Positions 15,601 through 30,479 of a stretch of DNA of 64,000 nucleotides are shown piece by piece; the first letter of the stretch is position 1; each line of letters begins with the position of its first letter. A program made the translations under genes and the position numbers. The notes below the pieces were generated by a model. The model was not told the origin of the DNA and did not search any database. It was given only the letters and a program-made list of their open reading frames with translations. The stretch comes from Eledone cirrhosa. Its lineage: Eukaryota. The stretch covers positions 2,914,001 through 2,978,000 of the forward strand of contig OZ024757.1 in assembly GCA_964016885.1 (NCBI GenBank), given 5' to 3'.

Positions 15601-17280
15601 TGTCTGTAGTATCAGAGGTGTGATCTCTCAATTCAAAGATTCTTTCCTGAGACATTCTAACTACATGTCTGTAGTATCAGAGCTGTGATCTGTCAATTCA
15701 GAGATTCTTTCCAGAGACATTCTAACCACATGACCATAGTATCAGAGCTGTGATCTCTCAATTCAGAGATTCTTTCCAGAGACATTCTAACCACATGTCT
15801 ACAGTATCAGAGATGTGATCTCTCCATTCAGAGATTCTTTCCTGAGACATTCTAACCACATGTCTGTAGTATCAGAGCTGTGATATCTCAATTCAGAGAT
15901 TCTTTCCTGACACATTCTAACCACACGTCTATACTATCAGAGCTGTGATCTCTCAATTCAAAGATTCTTTCCTGATATAATTCTAACCACATATCTATAG
16001 TATCAGAGCTGTGATCTCTCAATTCAAAGATTCTTTCGAGAGATATTCTTACCACATGTTTGTAGTATCAGAGCTGTGATCTCTCAATTCAGAGATTCTT
16101 TCCTGAGACATTCTAACCACATGTCTGTAGTATCAGAGCTGTGATCTCTCAATTCAGAGATTCTTTCCAGAGACATTCTAGCCACATGTCTATAGTATCA
16201 GAGCTGTGATTTCTCAATTCAGAGATTCTTTCCTGAGTGATTCTAACCACATGTCTGTAGTTTCAGAGGTGTGATTTCTCAATTCAGAGATTCTTTCCTG
16301 AGACATTCTAACCAGATGTCTATAGTTTCAGAGCTTTGATCTCTCAATTCAGAGAGTCTTTCCTGAGACATTCTAACCACATGTCTATAGTATCAGAGCT
16401 GTGATCTCTCAATTCAGAGATTCTTTCCTGAGACATTCTAGCCACATGGCTGTAGTATCAGGGCTGTGATCTCTCAATTCAAAGATTCTTTCCTGAGATA
16501 ATTCTAACCACATATCTATAGTATCAGAGCTGTGATCTCTCAATTCAAAGATTCTTTCCAGAGATATTCTTACCACATGTCTGTAGTATCAGAGCTGTGA
16601 TCTCACAATTCAGAGATTCTTTCCTGAGACATTCTAACCACATGTCTGTAGTATCGGAGCTGTGATCTCTCAATTCAGAGATTCTTTCCTGAGACATTCT
16701 AGCCACATGTCTAAAGTATCAAAGCTGTGATCTCTCAATTCAGAGATTCTTTCCTGAGTGATTCTAACCACATGTCAGTAGTATCAGAGGTGTGATCTCT
16801 CAATTCAGAGATTCTTTCCTGAGACATTCTAACCACATGTCTACAGTATCAGAGATGTGATCTCTCCATTCAGAGATTCTTTCGTGAGACATTCTAACCA
16901 CATTTCTGTAGTATCAGAGCTGTGATCTCTCAATTAAGAGATTCTTTCCTGAGACATTCTAACCACATGGCTGTAGTATCAGAGCTGTGATCTCTCAATT
17001 CAAAGATTCTTTCCTAATATAATTCTAACCACATATCTATAGTATCAGAGCTGTGATCTCTCAATTCAAAGATTCTTTCGAGAGATATTCTTACCACATG
17101 TTTGTAGTATCAGAGCTGTGATCTCTCAATTCAGAGATTCTTTCCTGAGACATTCTAACCACATGTCTGTAGTATCAGAGCTGTGATCTCTCAATTCAGA
17201 GATTCTTTCCAGAGACATTCTAGCCACATGTCTATAGTATCAGAGCTGTGATCTCTCAATTCAGAGATTCTTTCCTGAGA
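3620..17280. repeat. Higher-order repeat, period 5665 bp (87 monomers), ~2.4 copies
   Basis: aaagac variant ends at 3660, 9325, 14990; cttttactga at 6721/12386 and 9130/14795 (all 5665 apart). Boundaries approximate. Confidence 0.88.
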
Positions 17281-19989
17281 CATTCTAACCACATGGCTGT
17301 AGTATCAGAGCTGTGATCTCTCAATTCAAAGATTCATTCCTGAGATAATTCGAACCCCATATCTATAGTATCAGAGCTGTGATCTCTCAATTCAGAAATT
17401 CTTTCCTGAGACATTCTAACCACATATCGGTAGTATCAGAGCTGTGATCTCTCAATGCAGAGATTCTTTCCTGACACATTCTAAGCACATGTCTATAGTA
17501 TCAGAGCTGTGATCTCTCAAATCAGAGATTCTTTCCTGAGGCATTCTAACCACATGTCTAAAGTATCAGAGCTGTGATCTCTCAATTCAGAGATTCTTTC
17601 CTGAGACATTCAAACCACATGTCTATAGTATCAGAGCTGTGATCTCTCAATTCAGAGATTCTTTCCTGAGACATTCAAACCACATGTCTATAGTATCAGA
17701 GCTGTGATCTCTCAATTCAAAGATTCTTTCCTGAGACATTCTAACTACACATCTGTAGTATCAGAGCTGTAATCTCTCAATTCATAGATTCTTTCCAGAG
17801 ACATTCTAACCACATGACCATAGTATCAGAGCTGTAATCTCTCAATTCAGAGATTCTTTCCAGAGACATTCTAACCACATGTCTATAGTATCAGCGCTGT
17901 GATCTCTCCATTCAGAGATTCTTTTACTGAGACATTCTAACCACATGTCTGTAGTATCAGAGCTGTGATCTCTCAATTCAGAGATTCTTTCCTGAGACAT
18001 TCTAACCACATGGCTGATGTATCAGAGCTGTCATCTCTCAATTCAAAGATTCATTCCTAAGATAATTCTAACCCCATATCTATAGTATCAGAGCTGTGAT
18101 CTCTCAATTCAAAGATTCTTTCCAGAGATATTCTTACCACATGCCTGTAGTATCAGAGCTGTGATCTCTCAATTCAGAGATTCTTTCCTGAGACGTTCTA
18201 ACCACATGTCTGTAGTATCAGAGGTGTGATCTCTCAATTCAAAGATTCTTTCCTGAGACATTCTAACTACATGTCTGTAGTATCAGAGCTGTGATCTGTC
18301 AATTCAGAGATTCTTTCCAGAGACATTCTAACCACATGACCATAGTATCAGAGCTGTGATCTCTCAATTCAGAGATTCTTTCCAGAGACATTCTAACCAC
18401 ATGTCTGTAGTATCAGATATGTGATCTCTCCATTCAGAGATTCTTTCCTGAGACATTCTAACCACATGTCTGTAGTATCAGAGCTGTGATATCTCAATTC
18501 AGAGATTCTTTCCTGACACATTCTAACCACACGTATATACTATCAGAGCTGTGATCACTCAATTCAGAGATTCTTTCCTGAGACATTCTAACCACATGGC
18601 TGTAGTATCAGAGCTGTGATCTCTCAATTCAAAGATTCTTTCCTGATATAATTCTAACCACATATCTATAGTATCAGAGCTGTGATCTCTCAATTCAAAG
18701 ATTCTTTCGAGAGATATTCTTACCACATGTTTGTAGTATCAGAGCTGTGATCTCTCAATTCAGAGATTCTTTCCTGAGACATTCTAACCACATGTCTGTA
18801 GTATCAGAGCTGTGATCTCTCAATTCAGAGATTCTTTCCAGAGACATTCTAGCCACATGTCTATAGTGTCAGAGCTGTGATTTCTCAATTCAGAGATTCT
18901 TTCCTGAGTGATTCTAACCACATGTCTGTAGTATCAGAGGTGTGATTTCTCAATTCAGAGATTCTTTCCTGAGACATTCTAACCAGATGTCTATAGTTTC
19001 AGAGCTTTGATCTCTCAATTCAGAGATTCTTTCCTGAGACATTCTAACCACATGTCTATAGTATCAGAGCTGTGATCTCTCAATTCAGAGATTCTTTCCT
19101 GAGACATTCTAACCACATGGCTGTAGTATCAGAGCTGTGATCTCTCAATTCAAAGATTCTTTCCTGAGATAATTCTAACCACATATCTATAGTATCGGAG
19201 CTGTGATCTCTCAATTCAAAGATTCTTTCCAGAGATATTCTTACAACATGTCTGTAGTATCAGAGCTGTGATCTCTCAATTCAGAGATTCTTTCCTGAGA
19301 CATTCTAACCACATGTCTGTAGTATCGGAGCTGTGATCTCTCAATTCAGAGATTCTTTCCTGAGACATTCTAGCCACATGTCTAAAGTATCAGAGCTGTG
19401 ATCTCTCAATTCAGAGATTCTTTCGAGATATTCTTACCACATGTTTGTAGTATCAGAGCTGTGATCTCTCAATTCAGAGATTCTTTCCTGAGACATTCTA
19501 ACCACATGTCTACAGTATCAGAGATGTGATCTCTCCATTCAGAGATTCTTTCGTGAGACATTCTAACCACATATCTGTAGTATCAGAGCTGTGATATCTC
19601 AATTCAGAGATTCTTTCCTGACACATTCTAACCACATGTCTATAGTTTCAGAGCTGTGATCTCTCAATTCAGAGATTCTTTCCTGAGACATTCTAACCAC
19701 ATGGCTGTAGTATCAGAGCTGTGATCTCTCAATTCAAAGATTCTTTCCTGATATAATTCTAACCACATATCTATAGTATCAGAGCTGTGATCTCTCAATT
19801 CAAAGATTCTTTCGAGAGATATTCTTACCACATGTTTGTAGTATCAGAGCTGTGATCTCTCAATTCAGAGATTCTTTCCTGAGACATTCTAACCACATGT
19901 CTGTAGTATCAGAGCTGTGATCTCTCAATTCAGAGATTCTTTCCAGAGACATTCTAGCCACATGTCTATAGTATCAGAGCTGTGATCTC

Positions 19990-22900
19990 TCAATTCAGAG
20001 ATTCTTTCCTGAGTGATTCTAACCACATGTCTGTAGTATCAGAGGTGTGATTTCTCAATTCAGAGATTCTTTCCTGAGACATTCTAACCAGATGTCTATA
20101 GTTTCAGAGCTTTGATCTCTCAATTCAGAGATTCTTTCCTGAGACATTCTAACCACATGTCTATAGTATCAGAGCTGTGATCTCTCAATTCAGAGATTCT
20201 TTCCTGAGACATTCTAACCACATGGCTGTAGTATCAGAGCTGTGATCTCTCAATTCAAAGATTCATTCCTGAGATAATTCTAACCCCATATCTATACTAT
20301 CAGAGCTGTGATCTCTCAATTCAGAAATTCTTTCCTGAGACATTCTAACCACATATCGGTAGTATCAGAGCTGTGATCTCTCAATGCAGAGATTCTTTTC
20401 TGACACATTCTAACCACATGTCTATAGTATCAGAGCTGTGATCTCTCAAATCAGAGATTCTTTCCTGAGGCATTCTAACCACATGTCTAAAGTATCAGAG
20501 CTGTGATCTCTCAATTCAGAGATTCTTTCCTGAGACATTCAAACCACATGTCTATAGTATCAGAGCTGTGATCTCTCAATTCAGAGATTCTTTCCTGAGG
20601 CATTCTAACCACATGTCTAAAGTATCACAGCTGTGATCTCTCAATTCAGAGATTCTTTCCTGAGACATTCTAACTACACATCTGTAGTATCAGAGCTGTA
20701 ATCTCTCAATTCATAGATTCTTTCCAGAGACATTCTAACCACATGACCATAGTATCAGAGCTGTAATCTCTCAATTCAGAGATTCTTTCCAGAGACATTC
20801 TAACCACATGTCTATAGTATCAGCGCTGTGATCTCTCCATTCAGAGATTCTTTCCTGAGACATTCTAACCACATGTCTGTAGTATCAGAGCTGTGATCTC
20901 TCAATTCAGAGATTCTTTCCTGAGACATTCTAACCACATGGCTGTAGTATCAGAGCTGTCATCTCTCAATTGAAAGATTCATTCCTGAGATAATTCTAAA
21001 CCCATATCTATAGTATCAGAGCTGTGATCTCTCAATTCAAAGATTCTTTCCAGAGATATTCTTACCACATGCCTGTAGTATCAGAGCTGTGATCTCTTAA
21101 TTCAGAGATTATTTCTTGAGACATTCTAACTACATGTCTGTAGTATCAGAGCTGTGATCTCTCAATTTAGAGATTCTTTCCTGAGACATTCTAACCACAT
21201 ATCTGTAGTATTGGAGCTGTGATCTCTCAATTCAGAGTTTCCTTCCTGAGACATTCTAAGCACGTGTCTATAGTATCAGAGCTGTGATCTCTAAATTCAA
21301 AAATTCTATCCTGAGATATTCTTACCACATATCGGTAGTATCAGAGCTGTGATCTCTCAATTCAGAGATTCTTTCCTGAGACATTCTAACCACATGTCTA
21401 TAGTATCAGAACTGTTTTCTCTCAATTCAGAGATTCTTTCCTGAGACATTCTAACCACATGTCTTAAGTATCAGAGCTGTGATCTCTCAATTCAGAGATT
21501 CTTTCCTGAGACATTCAAACCACATGTCTGTAGTATCAGAGGTGTGATCTTTCAATTCAAAGATTATTTCCTGAGACATTCTAACCAAATGACAATAGTA
21601 TCAGAGCTGTGATCTCTCAATTCAGAGATTCTTTCCAGAGACATTCTAACCCAATGTCTATAGTATCAGAGATGTGATCTCCCCATTCAGAGATTCTTTC
21701 CTGAGACATTCTAACCACATGTCTGTAGTATCAGAGCTGTGATCTCTCAATTCAGAGATTCTTTCCTGAGACATTCTAACCACATGTCTATAGTGTCAGA
21801 GCTGTGATATCTCAATTCAGAGATTCTTTCCTGAGACATTCTAATCACTTGGCTGTAGTATCAGAGCTGTGATCTCTCAATTCAGAGACTCTTTCCTGAG
21901 GCATTCTAACCACATGTCTAAAGTGTCAGAGCTGTGATCTCTCAATTCAGAGATTCTTTCCTGAGACATTCAAACCACATGTCTGTAGTATCAGAGGTGT
22001 GATCTCTCAATTCAAAGATTCTTTCCTGAGACATTCTAACTACATGTCTGTAGTATCAGAGCTGTGATCTCTCAATTCATAGATTCTTTGCAGAGACATT
22101 CTAACCACATGACCATAGTATCAGAGCTGTGATCTCTCAATTCAGAGGTTCTTTCCAGAGACGTTCTAACCACATGTCTATAGTATCAGAGCTGTGATCT
22201 CTCCGTTGAGAGATTCTTTCCTGAGACATTCTAACCACATGGCTGTAGTATCAGAGCTGTGATCTCTCAATTCAAAGATTCTTTCCTGAGATAATTCTAA
22301 CCACATATCTATAGTATCAGAGCTGTGATCTCTCAATTCAGAGATTCTTTCCTGAGACATTCTAACGACATGTCTGTAGTATCAGAGCTGTGATCTCTCA
22401 ATTCAGAGATCATTTCCTGAAACATTCTAACTACATGTCTGTAGTATCAGAGCTGTGATCCCTCAATTTAGAGATTCTTTCCTGAGACATTCTAACCACA
22501 TATCTGTAGTATCAGAGCTGTGATCTCTCAATCAGGAGTTTCTGTCCTGAGACATTCTAAGCACATGGCTGTAGTATCAGAGCTGTGATCTCTCAATTCA
22601 GAGATTCTTTCCTGAGACATTCTAACCACATGTCTATAGTGTCAGAGCTGTGATCTCTCAATTCAGAGATTCTTTCCTGAGACATTCTAATCACTTGGCT
22701 GTAGTATCAGAGCTGTGATCTCTCAATTCAGAGATTCTTTCCAGAGACATTCTAGCCACATGTCTATAGTATCAGAGCTGTGATTTCTCAATTCAGAGAT
22801 TCTTTCCTGAGTGATTCTAACCACATGTCTGTAGTATCAGAGGTGTGATTTCTCAATTCAGAGATTCTTTCCTGAGACATTCTATCCAGATGTCTATAGT

Positions 22901-25900
22901 TTCAGAGCTTTGATCTCTCAATTCAGAGATTCTTTCCTGAGACATTCTAACCACATGTCTATAGTATCAGAGCTGTGATCTCTCAATTCAGAGATTCTTT
23001 CCTGAGACATTCTAGCCACATGGCTGTAGTATCAGGGCTGTGATCTCTCAATTCAGAGATTCTTTCCTGAGTGATTCTAACCACATGTCTGTAGTATCAG
23101 AGGTGTGATTTCTCAATTCAGAGATTCTTTCCTGAGACATTCTAACCAGATGTCTATAGTTTCAGAGCTTTGATCTCTCAATTCAGAGATTCTTTCCTGA
23201 GACATTCTAACCACATGTCTATAGTATCAGAGCTGTGATCTCTCAATTCAGAGATTCTTTCCTGCGACATTCTAACCACATGGCTGTAGTATCAGAGCTG
23301 TGATCTCTCAATTCAAAGATTCATTCCTGAGATAATTCTAACCCCATATCTATAGTATCAGAGCTGTGATCTCTCAATTCAGAAATTCTTTCCTGAGACA
23401 TTCTAACCACATATCGGTAGTATCAGAGCTGTGATCTCTCAATGCAGAGATTCTTTTCTGACACATTCTAACCACATGTCTATAGTATCAGAGCTGTGAT
23501 CTCTCAAATCAGAGATTCTTTCCTGAGGCATTCTAACCACATGTCTAAAGTATCAGAGCTGTGATCTCTCAATTCAGAGATTCTTTCCTGAGACATTCAA
23601 ACCACATGTCTATAGTATCAGAGCTGTGATCTCTCAATTCAGAGATTCTTTCCTGAGGCATTCTAACCACATGTCTAAAGTATCACAGCTGTGATCTCTC
23701 AATTCAGAGATTCTTTCCTGAAACATTCAAACAACATGTCTGTAGTATCAGAGGTGTGATCTCTCAATTCAAAGATTCTTTCCTGAGACATTCTAACTAC
23801 ACATCTGTAGTATCAGAGCTGTAATCTCTCAATTCATAGATTCTTTCCAGAGACATTCTAACCACATGACCATAGTATCAGAGCTGTAATCTCTCAATTC
23901 AGAGATTCTTTCCAGAGACATTCTAACCACATGTCTATAGTATCAGCGCTGTGATCTCTCCATTCAGAGATTCTTTCCTGAGACATTCTAACCACATGTC
24001 TGTAGTATCAGAGCTGTGATCTCTCAATTCAGAGATTCTTTCCTGAGACATTCTAACCACATGGCTGTAGTATCAGAGCTGTCATCTCTCAATTGAAAGA
24101 TTCATTCCTGAGATAATTCTAAACCCATATCTATAGTATCAGAGCTGTGATCTCTCAATTCAAAGATTCTTTCCAGAGATATTCTTACCACATGCCTGTA
24201 GTATCAGAGCTGTGATCTCTTAATTCAGAGATTATTTCTTGAGACATTCTAACTACATGTCTGTAGTATCAGAGCTGTGATCTCTCAATTTAGAGATTCT
24301 TTCCTGAGACATTCTAACCACATATCTGTAGTATTGGAGCTGTGATCTCTCAATTCAGAGTTTCCTTCCTGAGACATTCTAAGCACGTGTCTATAGTATC
24401 AGAGCTGTGATCTCTAAATTCAAAAATTCTATCCTGAGATATTCTTACCACATATCAGTAGTATCAGAGCTGTGATCTCTCAATTCAGAGATTCTTTCCT
24501 GAGACATTCTAACCACATGTCTATAGTATCAGAACTGTTTTCTCTCAATTCAGAGATTCTTTCCTGAGACATTCTAACCACATGTCTTAAGTATCAGAGC
24601 TGTGATCTCTCAATTCAGAGATTCTTTCCTGAGACATTCAAACCACATGTCTGTAGTATCAGAGGTGTGATCTTTCAATTCAAAGATTATTTCCTGAGAC
24701 ATTCTAACCAAATGACAATAGTATCAGAGCTGTGATCTCTCAATTCAGAGATTCTTTCCAGAGACATTCTAACCCAATGTCTATAGTATCAGAGATGTGA
24801 TCTCCCCATTCAGAGATTCTTTCCTGAGACATTCTAACCACATGTCTGTAGTATCAGAGCTGTGATCTCTCAATTCAGAGATTCTTTCCTGAGACATTCT
24901 AACCACATGTCTATAGTGTCAGAGCTGTGATATCTCAATTCAGAGATTCTTTCCTGAGACATTCTAATCACTTGGCTGTAGTATCAGAGCTGTGATCTCT
25001 CAATTCAGAGACTCTTTCCTGAGGCATTCTAACCACATGTCTAAAGTGTCAGAGCTGTGATCTCTCAATTCAGAGATTCTTTCCTGAGACATTCAAACCA
25101 CATGTCTGTAGTATCAGAGGTGTGATCTCTCAATTCAAAGATTCTTTCCTGAGACATTCTAACTACATGTCTGTAGTATCAGAGCTGTGATCTCTCAATT
25201 CATAGATTCTTTGCAGAGACATTCTAACCACATGACCATAGTATCAGAGCTGTGATCTCTCAATTCAGAGGTTCTTTCCAGAGACGTTCTAACCACATGT
25301 CTATAGTATCAGAGCTGTGATCTCTCCGTTGAGAGATTCTTTCCTGAGACATTCTAACCACATGGCTGTAGTATCAGAGCTGTGATCTCTCAATTCAAAG
25401 ATTCTTTCCTGAGATAATTCTAACCACATATCTATAGTATCAGAGCTGTGATCTCTCAATTCAGAGATTCTTTCCTGAGACATTCTAACGACATGTCTGT
25501 AGTATCAGAGCTGTGATCTCTCAATTCAGAGATCATTTCCTGAAACATTCTAACTACATGTCTGTAGTATCAGAGCTGTGATCCCTCAATTTAGAGATTC
25601 TTTCCTGAGACATTCTAACCACATATCTGTAGTATCAGAGCTGTGATCTCTCAATCAGGAGTTTCTGTCCTGAGACATTCTAAGCACATGGCTGTAGTAT
25701 CAGAGCTGTGATCTCTCAATTCAGAGATTCTTTCCTGAGACATTCTAACCACATGTCTATAGTGTCAGAGCTGTGATCTCTCAATTCAGAGATTCTTTCC
25801 TGAGACATTCTAATCACTTGGCTGTAGTATCAGAGCTGTGATCTCTCAATTCAGAGATTCTTTCCAGAGACATTCTAGCCACATGTCTATAGTATCAGAG

Positions 25901-26170
25901 CTGTGATTTCTCAATTCAGAGATTCTTTCCTGAGTGATTCTAACCACATGTCTGTAGTATCAGAGGTGTGATTTCTCAATTCAGAGATTCTTTCCTGAGA
26001 CATTCTATCCAGATGTCTATAGTTTCAGAGCTTTGATCTCTCAATTCAGAGATTCTTTCCTGAGACATTCTAACCACATGTCTATAGTATCAGAGCTGTG
26101 ATCTCTCAATTCAGAGATTCTTTCCTGAGACATTCTAGCCACATGGCTGTAGTATCAGGGCTGTGATCTC
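19990..26170. repeat. Tandem block duplication, period 3123 bp (48 monomers), 2 copies
   Basis: atcaggagtttctgtcc at 22531/25654; tgaaagattcatt at 20971/24094; identical spurious ORFs at 22178/25301. Boundaries approximate. Confidence 0.88.
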
Positions 26171-29100
26171 TCAATTCAAAGATTCTTTCCTGAGATAATT
26201 CTAACCACATATATATAGTATCAGAGCTGTGATCTCTCAATTCAAAGATTCTTTCCAGAGATATTCTTACCACATGTCTGTAGTATCAGAGCTGTGATCT
26301 CTCAATTCAGAGATTCTTTCCTGAGACATTCTAACCACATGTCTGTAGTATCGGAGCTGTGATCTCTCAATTCAGAGATTCTTTCCTGAGACATTCTAGC
26401 CACATGTCTAAAGTATCAGAGCTGTGATCTTTCAATTCAGAGATTCTTTCCTGAGACATTCTAACCACATGTCTACAGTATCAGAGATGTGATCTCTCCA
26501 TTCAGAGATTCTTTCGTGAGACATTCTAACCACATTTCTGTAGTATCAGAGCTGTGATCTCTCAATTAAGAGATTCTTTCCTGAGACATTCTAACCACAT
26601 GGCTGTAGTATCAGAGCTGTGATCTCTCAATTCAAAGATTCTTTCCTAATATAATTCTAACCACATATCTATAGTATCAGAGCTGTGATCTCTCAATTCA
26701 AAGATTCTTTCGAGAGATATTCTTACCACATGTTTGTAGTATCAGAGCTGTGATCTCTCAATTCAGAGATTCTTTCCTGAGTGATTCTATCCACATGTCT
26801 GTAGTATCAGAGGTGTGATTTCTCAATTCAGAGATTCTTTCCTGAGACATTCTAACCAGATGTCTATAGTTTCAGAGCTTTGATCTCTTAATTCAGAGAT
26901 TCTTTCCTGAGACATTCTAACCACATGTCTATAGTATCAGAGCTGTGATCTCTCAATTCAGAGATTCTTTCCTGAGACATTCTAACCACATGGCTGTAGT
27001 ATCAGAGCTGTGATCTCTCAATTCAAAGATTCATTCCTGAGATAATTCTAACCCCATATCTATAGTATCAGAGCTGTGATCTCTCAATTCAGAAATTCTT
27101 TCCTGAGACATTCTAACCACATATCGGTAGTATCAGAGCTGTGATCTCTCAATGCAGAGATTCTTTCCTGACACATTCTAAGCACATGTCTATAGTATCA
27201 GAGCTGTTATCTCTCAAATCAGAGATTCTTTCCTGAGGCATTCTAACCACATGTCTAAAGTATCAGAGCTGTGATCTCTCAATTCAGAGATTCTTTCCTG
27301 AGACATTCAAACCACATGTCTATAGTATCAGAGCTGTGATCTCTCAATTCAGAGATTCTTTCCTGAGACATTCAAACCACATGTCTATAGTATCAGAGCT
27401 GTGATCTCTCAATTCAAAGATTCTTTCCTGAGACATTCTAACTACACATCTGTAGTATCAGAGCTGTAATCTCTCAATTCATAGATTCTTTCCAGAGACA
27501 TTCTAACCACATGACCATAGTATCAGAGCTGTAATCTCTCAATTCAGAGATTCTTTCCAGAGACATTCTAACCACATGTCTATAGTATCAGCGCTGTGAT
27601 CTCTCCATTCAGAGATTCTTTCCTGAGACATTCTAACCACATGTCTGTAGTATCAGAGCTGTGATCTCTCAATTCAGAGATTCTTTCCTGAGACATTCTA
27701 ACCACATGGCTGTAGTATCAGAGCTGTCATCTCTCAATTCAAAGATTCATTCCTGAGATAATTCTAACCCCATATCTATAGTATCAGAGCTGTGATCTCT
27801 CAATTCAAAGATTCTTTCCAGAGATATTCTTACCACATGCCTGTAGTATCAGAGCTGTGATATCTCAATTCAGAGATTCTTTCCTGAGACGTTCTAACCA
27901 CATGTCTGTAGTATCAGAGGTGTGATCTCTCAATTCAAAGATTCTTTCCTGAGACATTCTAACTACATGTCTGTAGTATCAGAGCTGTGATCTGTCAATT
28001 CAGAGATTCTTTCCAGAGACATTCTAACCACATGACCATAGTATCAGAGCTGTGATCTCTCAATTCAGAGATTCTTTCCAGAGACATTCTAACCACATGT
28101 CTGTAGTATCAGATATGTGATCTCTCCATTCAGAGATTCTTTCCTGAGACATTCTAACCACATGTCTGTAGTATCAGAGCTGTGATATCTCAATTCAGAG
28201 ATTCTTTCCTGACACATTCTAACCACACGTCTATACTATCAGAGCTGTGATCTCTCAATTCAGAGATTCTTTCCTGAGACATTCTAACCACATGGCTGTA
28301 GTATCAGAGCTGTGATCTCTCAATTCAAAGATTCTTTCCTGATATAATTCTAACCACATATCTATAGTATCAGAGCTGTGATCTCTCAATTCAAAGATTC
28401 TTTCCTGAGACATTCTAACCACATGTCTGTAGTATCAGAACTGTGATCTCTCAATTCAGAGATTCTTTCCAGAGACATTCTAGCCACATGTCTATAGTGT
28501 CAGAGCTGTGATTTCTCAATTCAGAGATTCTTTCCTGAGTGATTCTAACCACATGTCTGTAGTATCAGAGGTGTGATTTCTCAATTCAGAGATTCTTTCC
28601 TGAGACATTCTAACCAGATGTCTATAGTTTCAGAGCTTTGATCTCTCAATTCAGAGATTCTTTCCTGAGACATTCTAACCACATGGCTGTAGTATCAGAG
28701 CTGTCATCTCTCAATTCAAAGATTCATTCCTGAGATAATTCTAACCCCATATCTATAGTATCAGAGCTGTGATCTCTCAATTCAAAGATTCTTTCCAGAG
28801 ATATTCTTACCACATGCCTGTAGTATCAGAGCTGTGATCTCTCAATTCAGAGATTCTTTCCTGAGACGTTCTAACCACATGTCTGTAGTATCAGAGGTGT
28901 GATCTCTCAATTCAAAGATTCTTTCCTGAGACATTCTAACTACATGTCTGTAGTATCAGAGCTGTGATCTGTCAATTCAGAGATTCTTTCCAGAGACATT
29001 CTAACCACATGACCATAGTATCAGAGCTGTGATCTCTCAATTCAGAGATTCTTTCCAGAGACATTCTAACCACATGTCTGTAGTATCAGATATGTGATCT

Positions 29101-30479
29101 CTCCATTCAGAGATTCTTTCCTGAGACATTCTAACCACATGTCTGTAGTATCAGAGCTGTGATATCTCAATTCAGAGATTCTTTCCTGACACATTCTAAC
29201 CACACGTCTATACTATCAGAGCTGTGATCTCTCAATTCAGAGATTCTTTCCTGAGACATTCTAACCACATGGCTGTAGTATCAGAGCTGTGATCTCTCAA
29301 TTCAAAGATTCTTTCCTGATATAATTCTAACCACATATCTATAGTATCAGAGCTGTGATCTCTCAATTCAAAGATTCTTTCGAGAGATATTCTTACCACA
29401 TGTTTGTAGTATCAGAGCTGTGATCTCTCAATTCAGAGATTCTTTCCTGAGACATTCTAACCACATGTCTGTAGTATCAGAGCTGTGATCTCTCAATTCA
29501 GAGATTCTTTCCAGAGACATTCTAGCCACATGTCTATAGTGTCAGAGCTGTGATTTCTCAATTCAGAGATTCTTTCCTGAGTGATTCTAACCACATGTCT
29601 GTAGTATCAGAGGTGTGATTTTTCAATTCAGAGATTCTTTCCTGAGACATTCTAACCAGATGTCTATAGTTTCAGAGCTTTGATCTCTCAATTCAGAGAT
29701 TCTTTCCTGAGACATTCTAACCACATGTCTATAGTATCAGAGCTGTGATCTCTCAATTCAGAGATTCTTTCCTGAGACATTCTAACCACATGGCTGTAGT
29801 ATCAGAGCTGTGATCTCTCAATTCAAAGATTCTTTCCTGAGATAATTCTAACCACATATCTATAGTATCAGAGCTGTGATCTCTCAATTCAAAGATTCTT
29901 TCCAGAGATATTCTTACAGCATGTCTGTAGTATCAGAGCTGTGATCTCTCAATTCAGAGATTCTTTCCTGAGACATTCTAACCACATGTCTGTAGTATCG
30001 GAGCTGTGATCTCTCAATTCAGAGATTCTTTCCTGAGACATTCTAGCCACATGTCTAAAGTATCAGAGCTGTGATCTCTCAATTCAGAGATTCTTTCGAG
30101 AGATATTCTTACCACATGTTTGTAGTATCAGAGCTGTGACCTCTCAATTCAGAGATTCTTTCCTGAGACATTCTAACCACATGTCTACAGTATCAGAGAT
30201 GTGATCTCTCCATTCAGAGATTCTTTCCTGAGACATTCTAACCACATATCTGTAGTATCAGAGCTGTGATATCTCAATTCAGAGATTCTTTCCTGACACA
30301 TTCTAACCACATGTCTATAGTTTCAGAGCTGTGATCTCTCAATTCAGAGATTCTTTCCTGAGACATTCTAACCACATGGCTGTAGTATCAGAGCTGTGAT
30401 CTCTCAATTCAAAGATTCTTTCCTGATATAATTCTAACCACATATCTATAGTATCAGAGCTGTGATCTCTCAATTCAAA

